Source: Raillietiella orientalis (Eukaryota). From it: a stretch of DNA of 64,000 nucleotides. The DNA lies in the NCBI GenBank assembly GCA_036172245.1, contig JAYWIR010000005.1, positions 2,728,001 through 2,792,000 on the forward strand, read 5' to 3'. A program made the translations under genes and the position numbers. Under the pieces are notes generated by a model that did not search any database, was not told the DNA's origin, and saw nothing but the letters and a program-made list of their open reading frames with translations. Below are positions 13,742 to 26,500 of the stretch, one piece after another; the first letter of the stretch is position 1, and each line of letters begins with the position of its first letter.

Positions 13742-16700
13742 CTTGGTAAGCCGCGGGCCATCCCGACACCTTCCCTGCGGCATTTCTCAGAGGCTGGACG
13801 TGCGTGCGGACAAAGACCCCACTCTGAGGAAGGGCGCGGGCTGTTTCGAAGGAGCTAAAATCTTCCTGGAGGTCCACGTGGATGCGAACCCTTTCCTTCG
13901 CCTCTGTAATCATACTTTCTGAATCCGATCCTCAAAGTCGAAGATCGCGCTCATCCTGACCGGCTTCCATCTCTTCCTTCTGCCTTCCCTTGCGTCCTCT
14001 CGAGTTGCTAGGAGGTCCAGATGAAGGACCTATCCTTCTGTTCTTCACGAAACGAGCCTCAGGAAAGATTCCCATGCGGTGCTCATTCTTTCGTGGACTT
14101 CTCCTCATCCTTTCCCTGCGATCGATGCTGGGGATTCCCATCTGCCCCTCGTCTGCCCATCTGGACTGCCGTTCCGGGTCCACTCCCACATTCCTGCCAC
14201 TCCTCGGCTAGCGAGAGAGAGCGGGAAGAGAGCGGGGGCGGCAGGGCGGTGGGTTCGAATCGCCGAACCCACCGCCCTGCCGCTTTTTCCCCTCTGCTGA
14301 GGACACGGGCGGAAGCAGTGCAGGACCGTGAGTTCTCGAGAGGGAAAAGTGACTCCCATCCACAGCTCAGGAAGGTGCGAAGGATGTGACCTGTAGTGCG
14401 AGTGCTGCCACCTGCTCCCGACCCCGATGGGAAGTCATGAGGAAGAGCGACCACAGTGATCCGAGAGCATCGGCGGCATCGAGCCGAGGATTGCCCTTCG
14501 TCCGCCGTCTCTTTCTCAGAACAGGAAAAAAAAAAAAAGAAGAGAGAGAGAGACAGAGATCGCATCCCCCTCTTTCCTCCCTCTCGTTCGAGATGCAACC
14601 GCGAGTTCGCTTCTGCGACGGCAGAGAGGGGAGGCCTGCGGCAGTCGCGCGCGAGTCACGACGCGCTGCTCCCCCGACACTGCAGGACTTCTGCGTGCGG
14701 GACGGACGGGTAAAGCACGTGCAGGGGAAGGAATTCCTCCTCCACTCCTTTCCTTTCCTCCACCCTCCCTCCGCCCACGTGACGTGGAGCGACGGCGCAC
14801 TTTCGGTAGCCCGGGACGGGGGCTGGAGCCCTGCAGGCTCACTGCTTTCGTCTTTCCAGGTTTTCCGGCTTCCGGTGGAGACGTCGGCGCGCATCCACAT
14901 GCCTCGCGCCTCGGTTTCCCCCGGATGGTCCTCTGCCCACGCATCAGCGCACTACCCCCTCTCTTCCAGTTTAGGTGGGGGCACGGCGTGGACCTGGGCA
15001 CGCAGCTCTGGAGGGGACACTGTAGCCTCCCTGAGAGCGGGCCGCTGTTGTCCCCCCCACGAATTCGAAAGTGGGTGGGAAGCAAGTTGGAAGAGGACAG
15101 GACGGAACAGGAAGGGCAAGGACTTTTGCGCGCGTCTTCCACGGGAGGTGATGATACCTGCTGTCATTTCGACAAACCCGACGCTCTCACGCGCCCCTCG
15201 TTTCCGCAGGGAAGGACAGAGAAACCGACGCGCTCCGATCCGTGGATCAGTCGATGCCGTCGGTCCACGGAAGCGGGTCGATCCCCTTTCCATAGAGGGA
15301 GGGATGCAAAGAAAGAAAGAACTGAAACGAAGAAGAGGAGGTAGAGGGAGGAAGAGGAAGGGAAGAGACGGCGCATTCTCCTCCTTCCGAGAACTTTCCC
15401 ACGCAGGAGGGCGCTTCCTGTAATGACTCCCCGCTGCCGCATCCGCCGACACGTGGCCGCCCGAGGTGGGAAGGCCCCAGGAGCTCCGAGGGAGGTTTCG
15501 CTAGCATCCCGGCTGTGTGGACAAAGCACGATTCCGCTGCCGACTGGCGCCGCCAGGGATACCGAGGAATCCCCCAAACCACGCAGCTTTCACGCAGAGG
15601 TCACGGTGCACGGGTTCCGTCACGAATTGCCACTTTTGTTCTTGACACTTGACTCTGGAGGGACGCGCAACGAGATTACGCCCCGGGCTGTGTGATTAGC
15701 TTACTCGCGCCGTGTTCGGTGCCGGGTCGCACGTTGCGCTGCACTGCCGGCGACCGGAGGCGGCGGCGACTACTGCCACCAATTGCCACGGCCACGATCC
15801 CTCCGACAGCGAGACCGGCAGATGAGGCAGCAGACCTTTCGGAGGCGTCCCGAATTCTCCTCCCTTCTCCCCTCTGTTCTGCCCCGAGCGACAGATAACC
15901 TCCTTTTGTGTGCTGGCGGGTAATCCCGGAAGTGATTCCGCCCCTCCCGCTCCACTACCCCGCGGAACCCGCTGTGGAGGAAACGCTCATTCCCGATTTG
16001 AGGTGTCTGATGACCGAGAGAATTCGGAGCCCACAAGGGCGGTCTCAAGTTCCTCCCTCTCAGGTCCCAGTCTTACTCTGCTGCTCTTCCCAGCGCGGGC
16101 GCAAGGCCAGGGAGAGACGAGGCGGGCGCCGGAAGGCGGCCACCGCTGAGCCAACCGCGCTGCCGCGCTCCGCGACCGGTGCCTCCGCGGCTTTGCCGGA
16201 CACGACGAGCGGAGGAGATGGCACACCCGGACGCGTGTGCCCCGCGGTGCAGGTGATGACGCTGGGAGACTGGGGCTCTGGTAAGGGGGAGAGAAGGGTG
16301 CGGTCTTTGCTGAATGTGAACCAGGGCTCTGCGGGGACGACCTCACGCGATAGGAGAAGAGGACGAGTTCGATCCAGCTCCCTCTTCCCTCCTCAAGCAG
16401 GCAAATTGCCCTTCTTTCCCTTTAAGCATTCCCATGGGCAGAGCGTTTTTCCAAGAGCGCCTTGGCTGCTGAGTTCCGTCGACTCTGGCAGAGTGTGGCA
16501 TCGAATTTTCCCATCTTGTCCGCTACCACCGCTCCCCGCTCCTCCCAAAGATCCCGCGCTCCTTCCCGGAGTCTTCTCTTCCTCAGCACTCGCGCGCTGG
16601 AGTGAACCTCTCATCCTCTCTGGGATCTTCCGCCTTACATCTCCCGGCTCGCGTTCTCCGGTTGCTTGCACTTCCCTGGCTAGCTGGGATGGCGGCGTTA

Positions 16701-19700
16701 CCCCTGCCCTGCTCCCCTCCTTTCCTAAGCTCTAAGGTTCGGCACCACGAGCACGGTGATTTCCAAGGCGACTTCCACGACGAATTCCACGGCAGCCGTA
16801 GTCCGAGCGATGCATCCCTGACCCTACAAAGGCTTCCAACGTGCTGCTTGCGGCCTCCCCCACCCACCCACACCTCCTTCCTCTTTGCTGCTGCTTCTTC
16901 TTCTTCTCGGAAGTCGTGTGTCGAAAAAAAGCGAGGCGGTCAGTCCCTGACTCGCCGCGGAGGAGGCGCAAGAGCCCTCCACTGTTGGCTCTCCCGAATT
17001 TCTCTTGGAAGATACCGAGGATTCGCCTTTGACAAAGCAATCGATTGATCGATCCTCGGAGGCATTCGAGCGTACGTGTCCATTCTGGACACATATGTCT
17101 TGGTTTTTGTTAATGTGTGAGTTTTGTCGTACGAGGTACGGTACAATCAGCGACGTGGATATTCTCCACAAGAAAACGGTCCTCTGCATCTCGTCCTCCG
17201 TAAGGAACTGCTGTTCTCGAGAGCCTTTTCTTCCACCCCCCCCACCTCCACCCCCCACAACCGGCAACCCAACCGAAAGTGTCCTCATTGCACAGATCCC
17301 AGGAGAGTTGGATGCTGGAACACAGTTTCTCTTTCTGGAAGTGCTCCTCTTGTCTCTGAGTTTTCGTCTTCAGCTCCCTCACCACCTGGCAGTTTCTTGA
17401 ATTTTGCGACGATCGCTCTGACCGAACGATCACACTCCACGAACCAACCTTTGGTGCTCCGGGCTCTCCTTGAGGCGCGCTACTGGGTTCTAAGAGGGGT
17501 AGCCGAGTCCCGTTGTGATTAGTCGTCCTTTCTTTCAGGAGCACCAGGTCCTCCCGAGGTCGGGGGCGAGGGAGGGCTCATCCCTAATACTGGCTGGTGA
17601 GAGGCCTCCATCGAGCACTTCTTCACGTGCTGCTTCGAAGATTCGCGGGTGCGGTCGTCGGGGTCGAGGAGATTCGGCAACTTCCCATTGCCAGTTTTCT
17701 CGCCGGATCTTCTCCGCGCTTCCAGCATTCGCCTCCACACCTCCAGGTTCCCCTACGCTCCCGCTCTCCGTGACGGCCACCGTGACCCACCGGCGGAGGC
17801 AACACCTCGCTCTTCCAGCGAGGGAGGGGAGCAAAGCTTCGCCCTCTTGAGGAAAGAGAGCTGGCACGGCAACCATCCTCCCTTGATCCTCCCTTTGCAA
17901 GGAGAATCGCGAGAGCCTCCACGTTCCATCTGAAGGACCGGGTCAGCTTGCGAACTCGGAAGAAACGGTCTTCTACGTACAACTGCTACCTTTGCATCTC
18001 CGGAAGAGATAAGGGAATCCCTCAGTTCTGATGAGGCGGCTTGAACGTTGCGCAAGATCTTGATGCCCTTGGCATGAATCCCAGCCTCTCGCCTGCTCTC
18101 TTGGGAAGCATCGCCTACATCTCAGAAGTGACGGCTTCCTCCTCCCGAAATCGCTTCGCCAGTTCCTGATTCCCTCAGTGGCTAGTCGGCTTGGTTATTC
18201 TTCCTCCTTGGATCCTGCAGAGCTGCTTCCAGCCCGGCTGAATTCCCTCTGGCGACAGGAATGCTAGCTCTGGACTTGGCTCTTGCCAGCATCACAGGAA
18301 CCCCGGCGTGGCGGTCCCTACAGAGTCCCATGTGAGCTTCAGTATCGATCCGGTGGTCCCTCAGGAAGGAGTTCCACTCTCTCAAGCCATGCCCACCCCA
18401 TTCGTCAGCCTTCGCATTCTTCAGCTCACTCAACGGTCGCCTGCGGTTTCATAGGGAAGGTCAGCGTCAGCTGGTGGGCTCGGTACAGTCCTCTGTGTCA
18501 CGGAGAATGCGCTCGCTGTTCCCGCCATTTCCAGGAGGCGTCACCAGGCACGAAGAAAAAGAGGGTGCTGCTGCTCAAAGAATTTTTGCGCATCCTCGGA
18601 AGGTCTTCTGGGACGGCAGCAGGGCTCTGTCGCGGGGATAAAGAGACCAGACCTCAGCCGTAGGCAAGGGTCGACCCTTCCGTACATGAAACGGAACGCA
18701 ATTCCTCCCGAGGGCGTCGAGGAGAGCGTTCATCCCCGGACTTATAGGCTTGGCGAAGGAGGGCTGAGGACACGCAAAAGAGGAAGCTCGAACCCTTGGA
18801 CACGTAGAAGTCGGAGGAGCCGAAGGAGAACAAGAAAGAGGTCCAAGTCCACCTCCCGCTGAGTGGAAGGTAAATGCCGTCAGGAGAGGCTTCGCTCCAG
18901 GAGCTGGAAGGGTGGGAGTGGACAGAGGCGTTCCCGCAGCTTTGTCCGTCGCCAGATTTGACACCGAAGAAATCTCGGATCGAGGCTGGAGGAGAAGGTC
19001 ACGTTTCTTGAGTCTTCACACGACGTCCTTCTTCGCCGCTCACGACGATCCTCGAGCGGATCTTGTGAATTCGCGCCTGGAGGACTAGGGTGCGCCGGCG
19101 TCCAGACGGAGTGGCTCCCTCCCTCCTTCTCTGACGGCTAAAGAGGAGGGAGAAATCAGCCCCTACTCTTCAGCGCGAGGCTCCCATCCGTCCGTCCCAC
19201 TCTCTGGAAGAACCGGGAAGAGAGGAGAGGGGAGGGGAGAAGGGAATCCGGAGAGGCGATCCGGACACATCGTTTCCAACCTTCCTTCCGTCTCCCTCTA
19301 GGTCGCGCCTTTCACCTCAACGCCCTGCCACGGGGGGTCGCGACTTTAGAGCCGCTGCCCTTCGGATACCGAAGACCTTCTTTCGGAATCTCTCCCCTCG
19401 AGAATTCGCACCAGAAGAACGCCGAGAGATGGGATGGGTCCAGCGTCCCTCGGTTGCGGGGTGAGAGGCTCCGAGGAGGCTGATGCGAGGTCGACCATTT
19501 TATCTCAAGCCTGCGACGAGGGAGAACCTGGTTTTGCGCTTGTCAGGAGAGGCTGCTGGGCGCCCCCTCCCCCGCCTCTGTGTGACGTGAGGTGCGGATC
19601 ACTGTGAGCATGTGGCTGGCATGGTGACCTCAAGGGACACGTGTTGCTCCGCTCGGCTCAACTTGCGACGCGCTGCTGGCCGTGAGCGTCGCGAATTTAA

Positions 19701-20499
19701 GGGTGGAGCCATGCAAGCTGCTAGCCGGAAAGCACGCGTGCATCATGGGGATTGCGCTGACCTCGCTCTGCAGTGCCGAACTGAACAGTCCTGTCCTTCC
19801 TTGCCACCTGTCCCCGACTCCTACGACGGAGAGGGCGTCCCTCGTTCCCGAGAGTGGCCGCGTGGGCGCAGCATCCTTCCCCTAGGTCTCTCGAAAGGAA
19901 ATCACGAAAGCTGATGGGGGCAGCAACTCCTTAGTGGGGAGAAGGCGATTCGTGCGGGTCATCTTCAGGTTTTGCCCGAGGCGGAATCAGAAAGCGAGCA
20001 GACGGTGATCTGCGACTCCCTAGCCTCGCTTGTCCTCTTCATTTCCACCCGATCCCTCGAACGGAGAGCGAGGTTGCAGAGCCTACTGAGATCTCGAGCA
20101 GCCGCTCGGTTACTCCGTCTGCAGCGTGAACGGCAGAGGCACGAATGAGAGGGAAGGAGGAGGGGATGAGGAGGAGGTCGCGCCAAACAAGAGGAAAAGA
20201 CTGAACATGCCCATCCACGCCTAAAGTTGCCATTTCGCAATGCAGCATCGACGTCAGGAAGATTGCTAGCCGGTGCTGGACTTCCTCTTCAGCACGGTCT
20301 ATTCCCCAGCACCCTTTCCTTCTGCTTATCCGTTTGCCCGAAGAGAAAATCTACTTCTGCTACGTAAGATGGCTGCCGACTGCAGCCATGAGAATGCCTC
20401 CGTTCATCCAGCTGTCGGCCTTGGATGCTTTCCTGTGGCTGCTCTCGTGCTTGGCAGCCGCCACTGGTAGGGTGACCGAACTGTTCTCATCAGGAGTCT

Positions 20500-21110
20500 C
20501 CCTGAACAGATGAGTGATGGCCCAAAGCGTTTCATCATCTCCAAGAAGTAAACGCCTGAACCACTCGTAGATTTCCCGAATCTTTTCATCCCAGACGATC
20601 CACAAAAACGGCATCTCTTGCAAAGGAGCTGAAGAAAGCAAAGAGCCATGGAGCAGCACTCTTAGACGCGCATCCCGTTTGCAAGTTCTTCCGCTAGGCA
20701 GCTCAGCGGGGCGGGTCATCCATAACTCTCGGTACTTGAAACGTCGGAAGAGAAAGCGTTCCTCGGAGCTTGCGGTTGGGCGTTGCCAAACTTCGAGCCC
20801 GGTTCATGCGCGAGGATCACATGAACCGCGGATGTGGATGCACTCCATCAGAGGCACACGAAAGCCGACAAACGGAGCCACGGTGCGCGGATAGCGGGTT
20901 CAGTGATCCTCCGGTGCGAGCCTCTGACAAGTGGACCGGGATTTCGGAGTGGCTACTGCTCGGCTTTCTCTTTTCCTCCTCAGCGTGCGTACAACTTTTA
21001 TCCTTCGAACAAAGCAGCGCTCTTGGGCAGCGCGTTTCACATCCAGTCTGCCTTTCCATAGAAGTGGCTCTCGGCTGCCCTCGCACGCCGTTTCGGTGGA
21101 GCCAGCTTCC
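20500..21110 (-). CDS. PH domain remnants following the DH domain
   Basis: LLWKGR (21047-21064), ALFE (21004-21015) and EIYEWFRR (20552-20575) occur in the order of Dbl-family PH motifs (F.VW.G, VFLFE, FEIWFR). Confidence 0.45.
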
Positions 21111-21959
21111 CATCGCCAATTACGAAATGGAGCAAAAAAGACTCAAGGAAAGCAAAGAAAGCACGAAGAAATTCTTCCTAAGGTTCGGCACGAAAGCTGA
21201 GCTTGGTAAGCTCGCTGCCGGAGGCAGCGTTTCGTTTGCTCTCAATTTTGCTGTGCGACCGTCTTTCCTTCTCTTTAAACGAGCAATCAGATCAGAAACG
21301 TTTGGTCCTTTTTCTTCAAACGTGCAGCACAAAAATATATCCCGACTCTACGCTGCTAACGGTGCAAAAGTCCCAAGTACTGAGTTCAGCAGATCTCTTC
21401 AGCCACTGACGTGATCATCCGGAAGTATCTGTCAAGTGAAGAAGCCGACTAGCCTAAGCATGCAATTACAATCCCGAATCTTAATTAACAAACAGCTTTC
21501 TAATGACCTGAGCAGTGGCAAAGTTCTGAACGCTTTCCTAGCTAGAGTGGTTACCATCAGATTCCTCAGCAATCTGTTGTGGGATAATCCACAATTTGCC
21601 GCTTTAATAGTGCAAAAGTGGCTGCATTTTTCTCCGATTGGAACGATGGGAAAAACCAAGGTCTCTGAGTCTTCTGAGGCTCCGCAACATACCAGAAAAC
21701 ACTCAGATGCTGAGCATGAGTAGCCACATGCGATGGCATCTCGGTATCACACAGAACTTTTCCAATCTATTAGATCCAATGGAGCCAGCCAAACCGTTCA
21801 CCACATCGTCCACAAGGATAGGTGCATGGAGTGGCTTCCTCTTTGACGGCTGAAGAGGAGGAAGAAATCGGCTCTCCTCCTCCTCAGCGTGAGGTTCCCA
21901 TCCGTCCGCCCACTCCGGATGCACGTGCGCAATAACAGGGAACACTTATAGGAATGGAA

Positions 21960-23593
21960 GGAGAGGAACTCTGTGTGTGCCAGAGCGACACGTCCTCTGT
22001 GCAGCAGATGGGCTTGAACTGGAGCTCGATACGCCAGGCCCGAAGACTTTGCCAATGGCGGCGGCAACCCGGCTCGCTGAAAATGCCATCGGGGAAAATC
22101 CAGACAAGGAGATACTCCGTCTAGAGAGTTCTACTCCGTCCGTTCTGTCGCTGAGCAACCACATTCAGAAAGATTTTGCCTACAAATTGATCAGTAACTC
22201 CGGTTCCCGTGATTATATAGTGCGAGCCATGAGCTTTAGCTGGCTGCTTCTGCATCGTAAAGCATCCGGACCTCCAATTTACATTTGCGCTTTCGTAGAA
22301 TATTGTCACAGCGTTGACAATTGTATTAGCAATCTCAATATCATTCCAATTGTACTAAAAAGTACGAATATCCAAAGGCCTTCAGAATATCTCTCGACTA
22401 AGCCATTGACGAAGAGGGTGTCGGCCGCTCTGGTGGGGAAAGAGCTTCTTATATCTCGGGTCATCTCCTCCTTCTCAGAAATGTTCTCACAGTTCACGCA
22501 GCCACTAACAGTTGCGGATCAACGTCTGCGAATTTGCGGCGACAAATGAAGGAGCAGCGTAAACGGCACCAATCGAGATCGCGCACCAACTGTGTACGCT
22601 GGTCTGGCTCAAGCTCACCTCCGAGGCGATGAATCTGCTGATCAGGGCGGATTCTACATCCCGTAGAATGAACGCCCAGGATTTGCCTGCAGTACTGACG
22701 GACAAGGTGCTAATTCTAGTGGAGATGGGCTACACTGAAGAGCTGCATGGGGTACCGCACTAAGTCTGGATCCGAATCTTTTGGCCAGCTTCACAGAGCC
22801 CTCTTTGGGAGATGGGAGAGAGGGATAGCCTCAAGGCATACGCGTGGGTTCGAGTACCCGTTAAGGGATTGACGGCCGAGCTGGATGCGATGGGTCCCGT
22901 TCAGGGCTTCTGATGTGCGTCTGTGGGACGGATGTCTCGTTGGCCAGCCAGGAATCGGCGGGACTCAAGTAAGTGATATCGGGAAGGAGCCTTGTGAACG
23001 TTCCCTCGTGTGGTGGGGTTGTCGCGTCTCTTCGGCACCTCCCTGTAGGGTGGGGCAATGAATGGTTCTCGAAGACCTCAAGAATAGAGGAAAGCTCATC
23101 ACCGCTCTCCAAAGTAGCCGAAAACTCCATCACCGTCGCAGACCAGCACTCAGGTCAGCCAATTCAGAAGTACATAAATGAATAAATAAATAAAGACAAG
23201 CCGAAAAGTCTTGGAAAAAAGGACACGCTTCGGCTGTACATATACTAAAATTGGAAAAAGGGAAAAAGGAAGAAGGGCACGCTTTGTCAAGCGAGCTCCT
23301 CCCCCCTCCCCGTGGTCAACAGAAAAGATCACGGAAGCACCAGAGCTTGCCATTTCGAGTAGTTCGCTTGACGATTTCTGGGAATAGGAAAATCTCAAGA
23401 GCATCGTGCGGATGCACGGAAGTTCCTCGAGCGACCACCTGGTGCACGAGCTACAATCATGCTGGGATCACTTCTGAAGGGCAGCAATGGTTCCAAGGAA
23501 TTCAGATTTGCAGTTTTTGTTTTCTCCAGACTGTCTGGGCTATAATTGCTTAAGCAAATTAAGTGAAGCGATAATGCGTAATTGCTCGAGAGT
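21960..23593 (-). CDS. Dbl-homology (RhoGEF/DH) domain remnants
   Basis: SNYALSLHLICLSNYSPD (~23530-23590) resembles DH CR1 (E..YV.SL..I.ENY). KPI (22007-22015) followed out of frame by QRTCR (21985-21999) resembles CR3 (KPVQRI.KY). Confidence 0.5.
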
Positions 23594-26500
23594 CTGACGA
23601 TTAGCAGGCAGCAGGAAAGGGTCATCGATTTCCCACGGTCCCTGGGACGGTGGCTTCCAAAGAAAGGAGAGGACTCTGAGATGAACATCGCCAAGCTTCC
23701 CGCTCACCGATTTCGGCCGCCTTCGTTCTTTGCACCCTGGAACGGGGGCGCGGACTGCCCGATCACTCGCGATGCGCTCTGAAACAGGCGAAGACAGGCA
23801 TCGCGCAACGGAAACGCACGGCTTTCGAAGAACCACAAGTCGGGCGCCCCAGCAACTTGCTAGGTGACAGGAAGCCAGCAGGGAAAGAGCCAACCTATCC
23901 TGCATCTGGTCATCATCATCTCCACAGAATTGCCTCCGACCAAAAAAAGAAACAGACAAACGTACGAGCATTCTTTCACCCCTCTGCTGTCGAAAATCAA
24001 CGGTCCGCTTTCCCTCTATTTCATTCCATCCAGGCCATTCGATCTGCATGTTCAGGAAAGTAGGGAAAAGAAGGGTACCATGCTGTTGTTTGGACATGGT
24101 CCGTGCATTCCCGGCTGCAACGGAAAAGGTTTCAGATCCAGGTGAAGGAGATTCCCGCAGGAAGGATTTGGTTGAAGATGCTGGCTTTGCTCAGGAAAGC
24201 CCTCGGCGGGTTCGTTTCAGACCAGATCGGTCCAGAGCCGTCAAGGGCTCTTTTGCTACGCTCCGGTAACTAAGGAGAGCCATCATTTCTTTGCTGATGG
24301 AGGAAAGGCGATACCGAGAGCATTGATAGTCAAGCACTTTGAAGCATGCCAGTCACTCAGGTGGTGCTCGAGATCCCGACATGCTGGCCGTTCCTGAGAG
24401 GGTCTGCGTGCATCCAGAGACCCTGGTCAACTTCTCCGAAGCTCAAGGAAGCAACGGGTTCGACAAGATCACTTCGGATCACTTGGGAATGCGTCCGCTC
24501 CGGTTTCATCTCGAAGGATCGGTGCCGCCTCTCCCGAAACAAGATGCAGGTCAAAGCAAGGAGCGCCCTGAATGCCTTCCTCTTTACAAGAATGGGATTT
24601 GACCAGTGGCCTCTCGTGGAGGCTGCAAGGAAGAGAGGACTAGGAGCTTTCGTGTGCGCCCTCGGATGCACGCCTCTTCCAACACTGGGGTTCCGGTCCT
24701 GAGCCGGGTTCCACGTGATCCAAGGGGGAACGCGCACATCACACCCCATGAAAACCAGCCCAAACGAGCGAAAAACGAGGAAGAAGGAATGTGGATGCGC
24801 GTTCTTGTTTGCGAATTCCCAGGTGATCCTGGAGCTTTCAGTAGTCTAACGGACCCAACTGACTTCAATCTGAGTGCACCGGACGTTCGCTTCCCGGAGC
24901 TTCCTGCGCGTCAGAGATCATCTCGCGGTGTGCCAATCATGGAAGAGCGAGAGGTCGACCAGCAAGAACCGTCTCCAGAGAGGTCTGCGCCGCTCTACTC
25001 ACTCGGTTGCCATGCTAAGGACCTCCGCGCTACCGAATGGGTTCCGTGTCTGTGCCACGTGCTACCTTTTCGGGGTAGAACGGTCCGAAAGAGCTTGACA
25101 AGCCTGCGAGGAAGAGGATCGGTCTAAAACCGCGAACAAAAAGTCCACTCAGCCTCCCCCTCGCTTGGGGAAGAAGCTGCCAGTGTAATGGTCGGGTTCC
25201 TTTCGAGGGAGGACGTTCTTTACCTTATAAGAAGAGGATGAAGCAGAAGAAAGGAAACAGAAGGAAAGAAGAAGAAGAAGAAAAGAAGAAGAAATTGGGA
25301 CTCGAACGAAGAGATACTTGGCCATTGCTCAGGGACGCGTCTTCGCGGGGAGTAGATCCCTGCCCCCGTTCCACCGTTTCTCCAGAAGCCAAAAGAGGGG
25401 TTGTCGGGGTGACGCAGGCCTCCTCGGAGAGTGGCAGAGACTGCTGTGAGAGGGAAAGAGGCCTATGCTTCGAGAACCCATTCTCTTGCTCGCTGCTTCT
25501 CCTCCCCAGGCACTGCTTCCATGGCTGTCGCGATGCGAGGGAAGGAAGGGGGCAGCGACTTTCTCGTGAGCAGTGCTTCTGATAACTCGTGAGGCGATCC
25601 GGGTCGCTTCGGTCGGAGCCAGGAGAGTGCCGGGTCACGAAGGAGCACCGTAGAATCCTCCACGAATCGCCTCCACAGCTGTGCGCGCGCGGGACGATGG
25701 CGTCCCTGTTCGTCGTCAAACGAACTCTGACGAGGGGAAGAGGGGCGGTGAGGAAGGGAAGGAGGCAGAGAGGTCTCGTCTGTGTTTCCGATGCTCTGCG
25801 GGTGAAATGCGACCCCCACCCTGCTCACTTCCCTACCCTGAATTTCCTGTCCAGAAAACCCCTGTCCTTCTGGTTGCCAGCTTGGCTCTGTCCTTCCGTC
25901 TGAGCGAGAAGGCATAGGAATGAGAGTTCCCTGGGCGGGAAGGTTGGCTCCTTCCTTCCCTTGGCTCTCGATTCCTGGGTAAAGGCGGTGACTCGATAAG
26001 CCTCCGCGTCGGCAATTCCATCGCCCACGCTCTTTCCTTTTTCTTCGGCGCCCTTCCGAAGGCCGGACGCGCCCTTGGAGCCGCCGCGGATCGGTCCACA
26101 CGCGCAAGGATGCGTGGAAGGCTGCGGAGGCGAAAGAAAGGACCCCAGCGCCTCTCTCAGGAGGACGGTGCAGTTGTGGAGGAGAATCGAGGGCACGACA
26201 GGAAGGGAACGTAGTAAGGGCAAGAAGAACCGCTTCCCTGGAGGCTCCCGGACCATCCGGCATCCACAGGATCAGAGCTTCTCGTCCCTCTCCGTTGGAC
26301 CAGCCCACGTTGACCTCAAGGCAGCAAAGGGAGAGAGGAAAGGACGAAAGAGGATACGAGAAGGAAAAAGGCCCTGCTTATCCGCTGTGGTGCCACGATC
26401 GAGGGAAAGCCGAGCAGCCGAAACTGTGAGCACCGCTGACGCCTCCGCCCGCGGACGAGCGGTCGGTTGCCCCGGCAACGGGAGGATGACCATCTGCGCA

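Noticed and set aside
14238..14290. Bacterial rho-independent terminator
   Set aside because: Context is eukaryotic, with no upstream prokaryotic gene; kept only as a hairpin finding.
321..17100. Many overlapping 200-390 aa ORFs on both strands
   Set aside because: Arg/Pro/Gly/Ser-rich translations expected from GC-rich, stop-poor DNA; no domain motifs or consistent strand.
24275..24330. Plus-strand RAIISLLMEERRYREH resembling a DH-domain start
   Set aside because: Ends at a stop immediately, has no following DH motifs, and lies opposite to the strand carrying the other DH/PH fragments.
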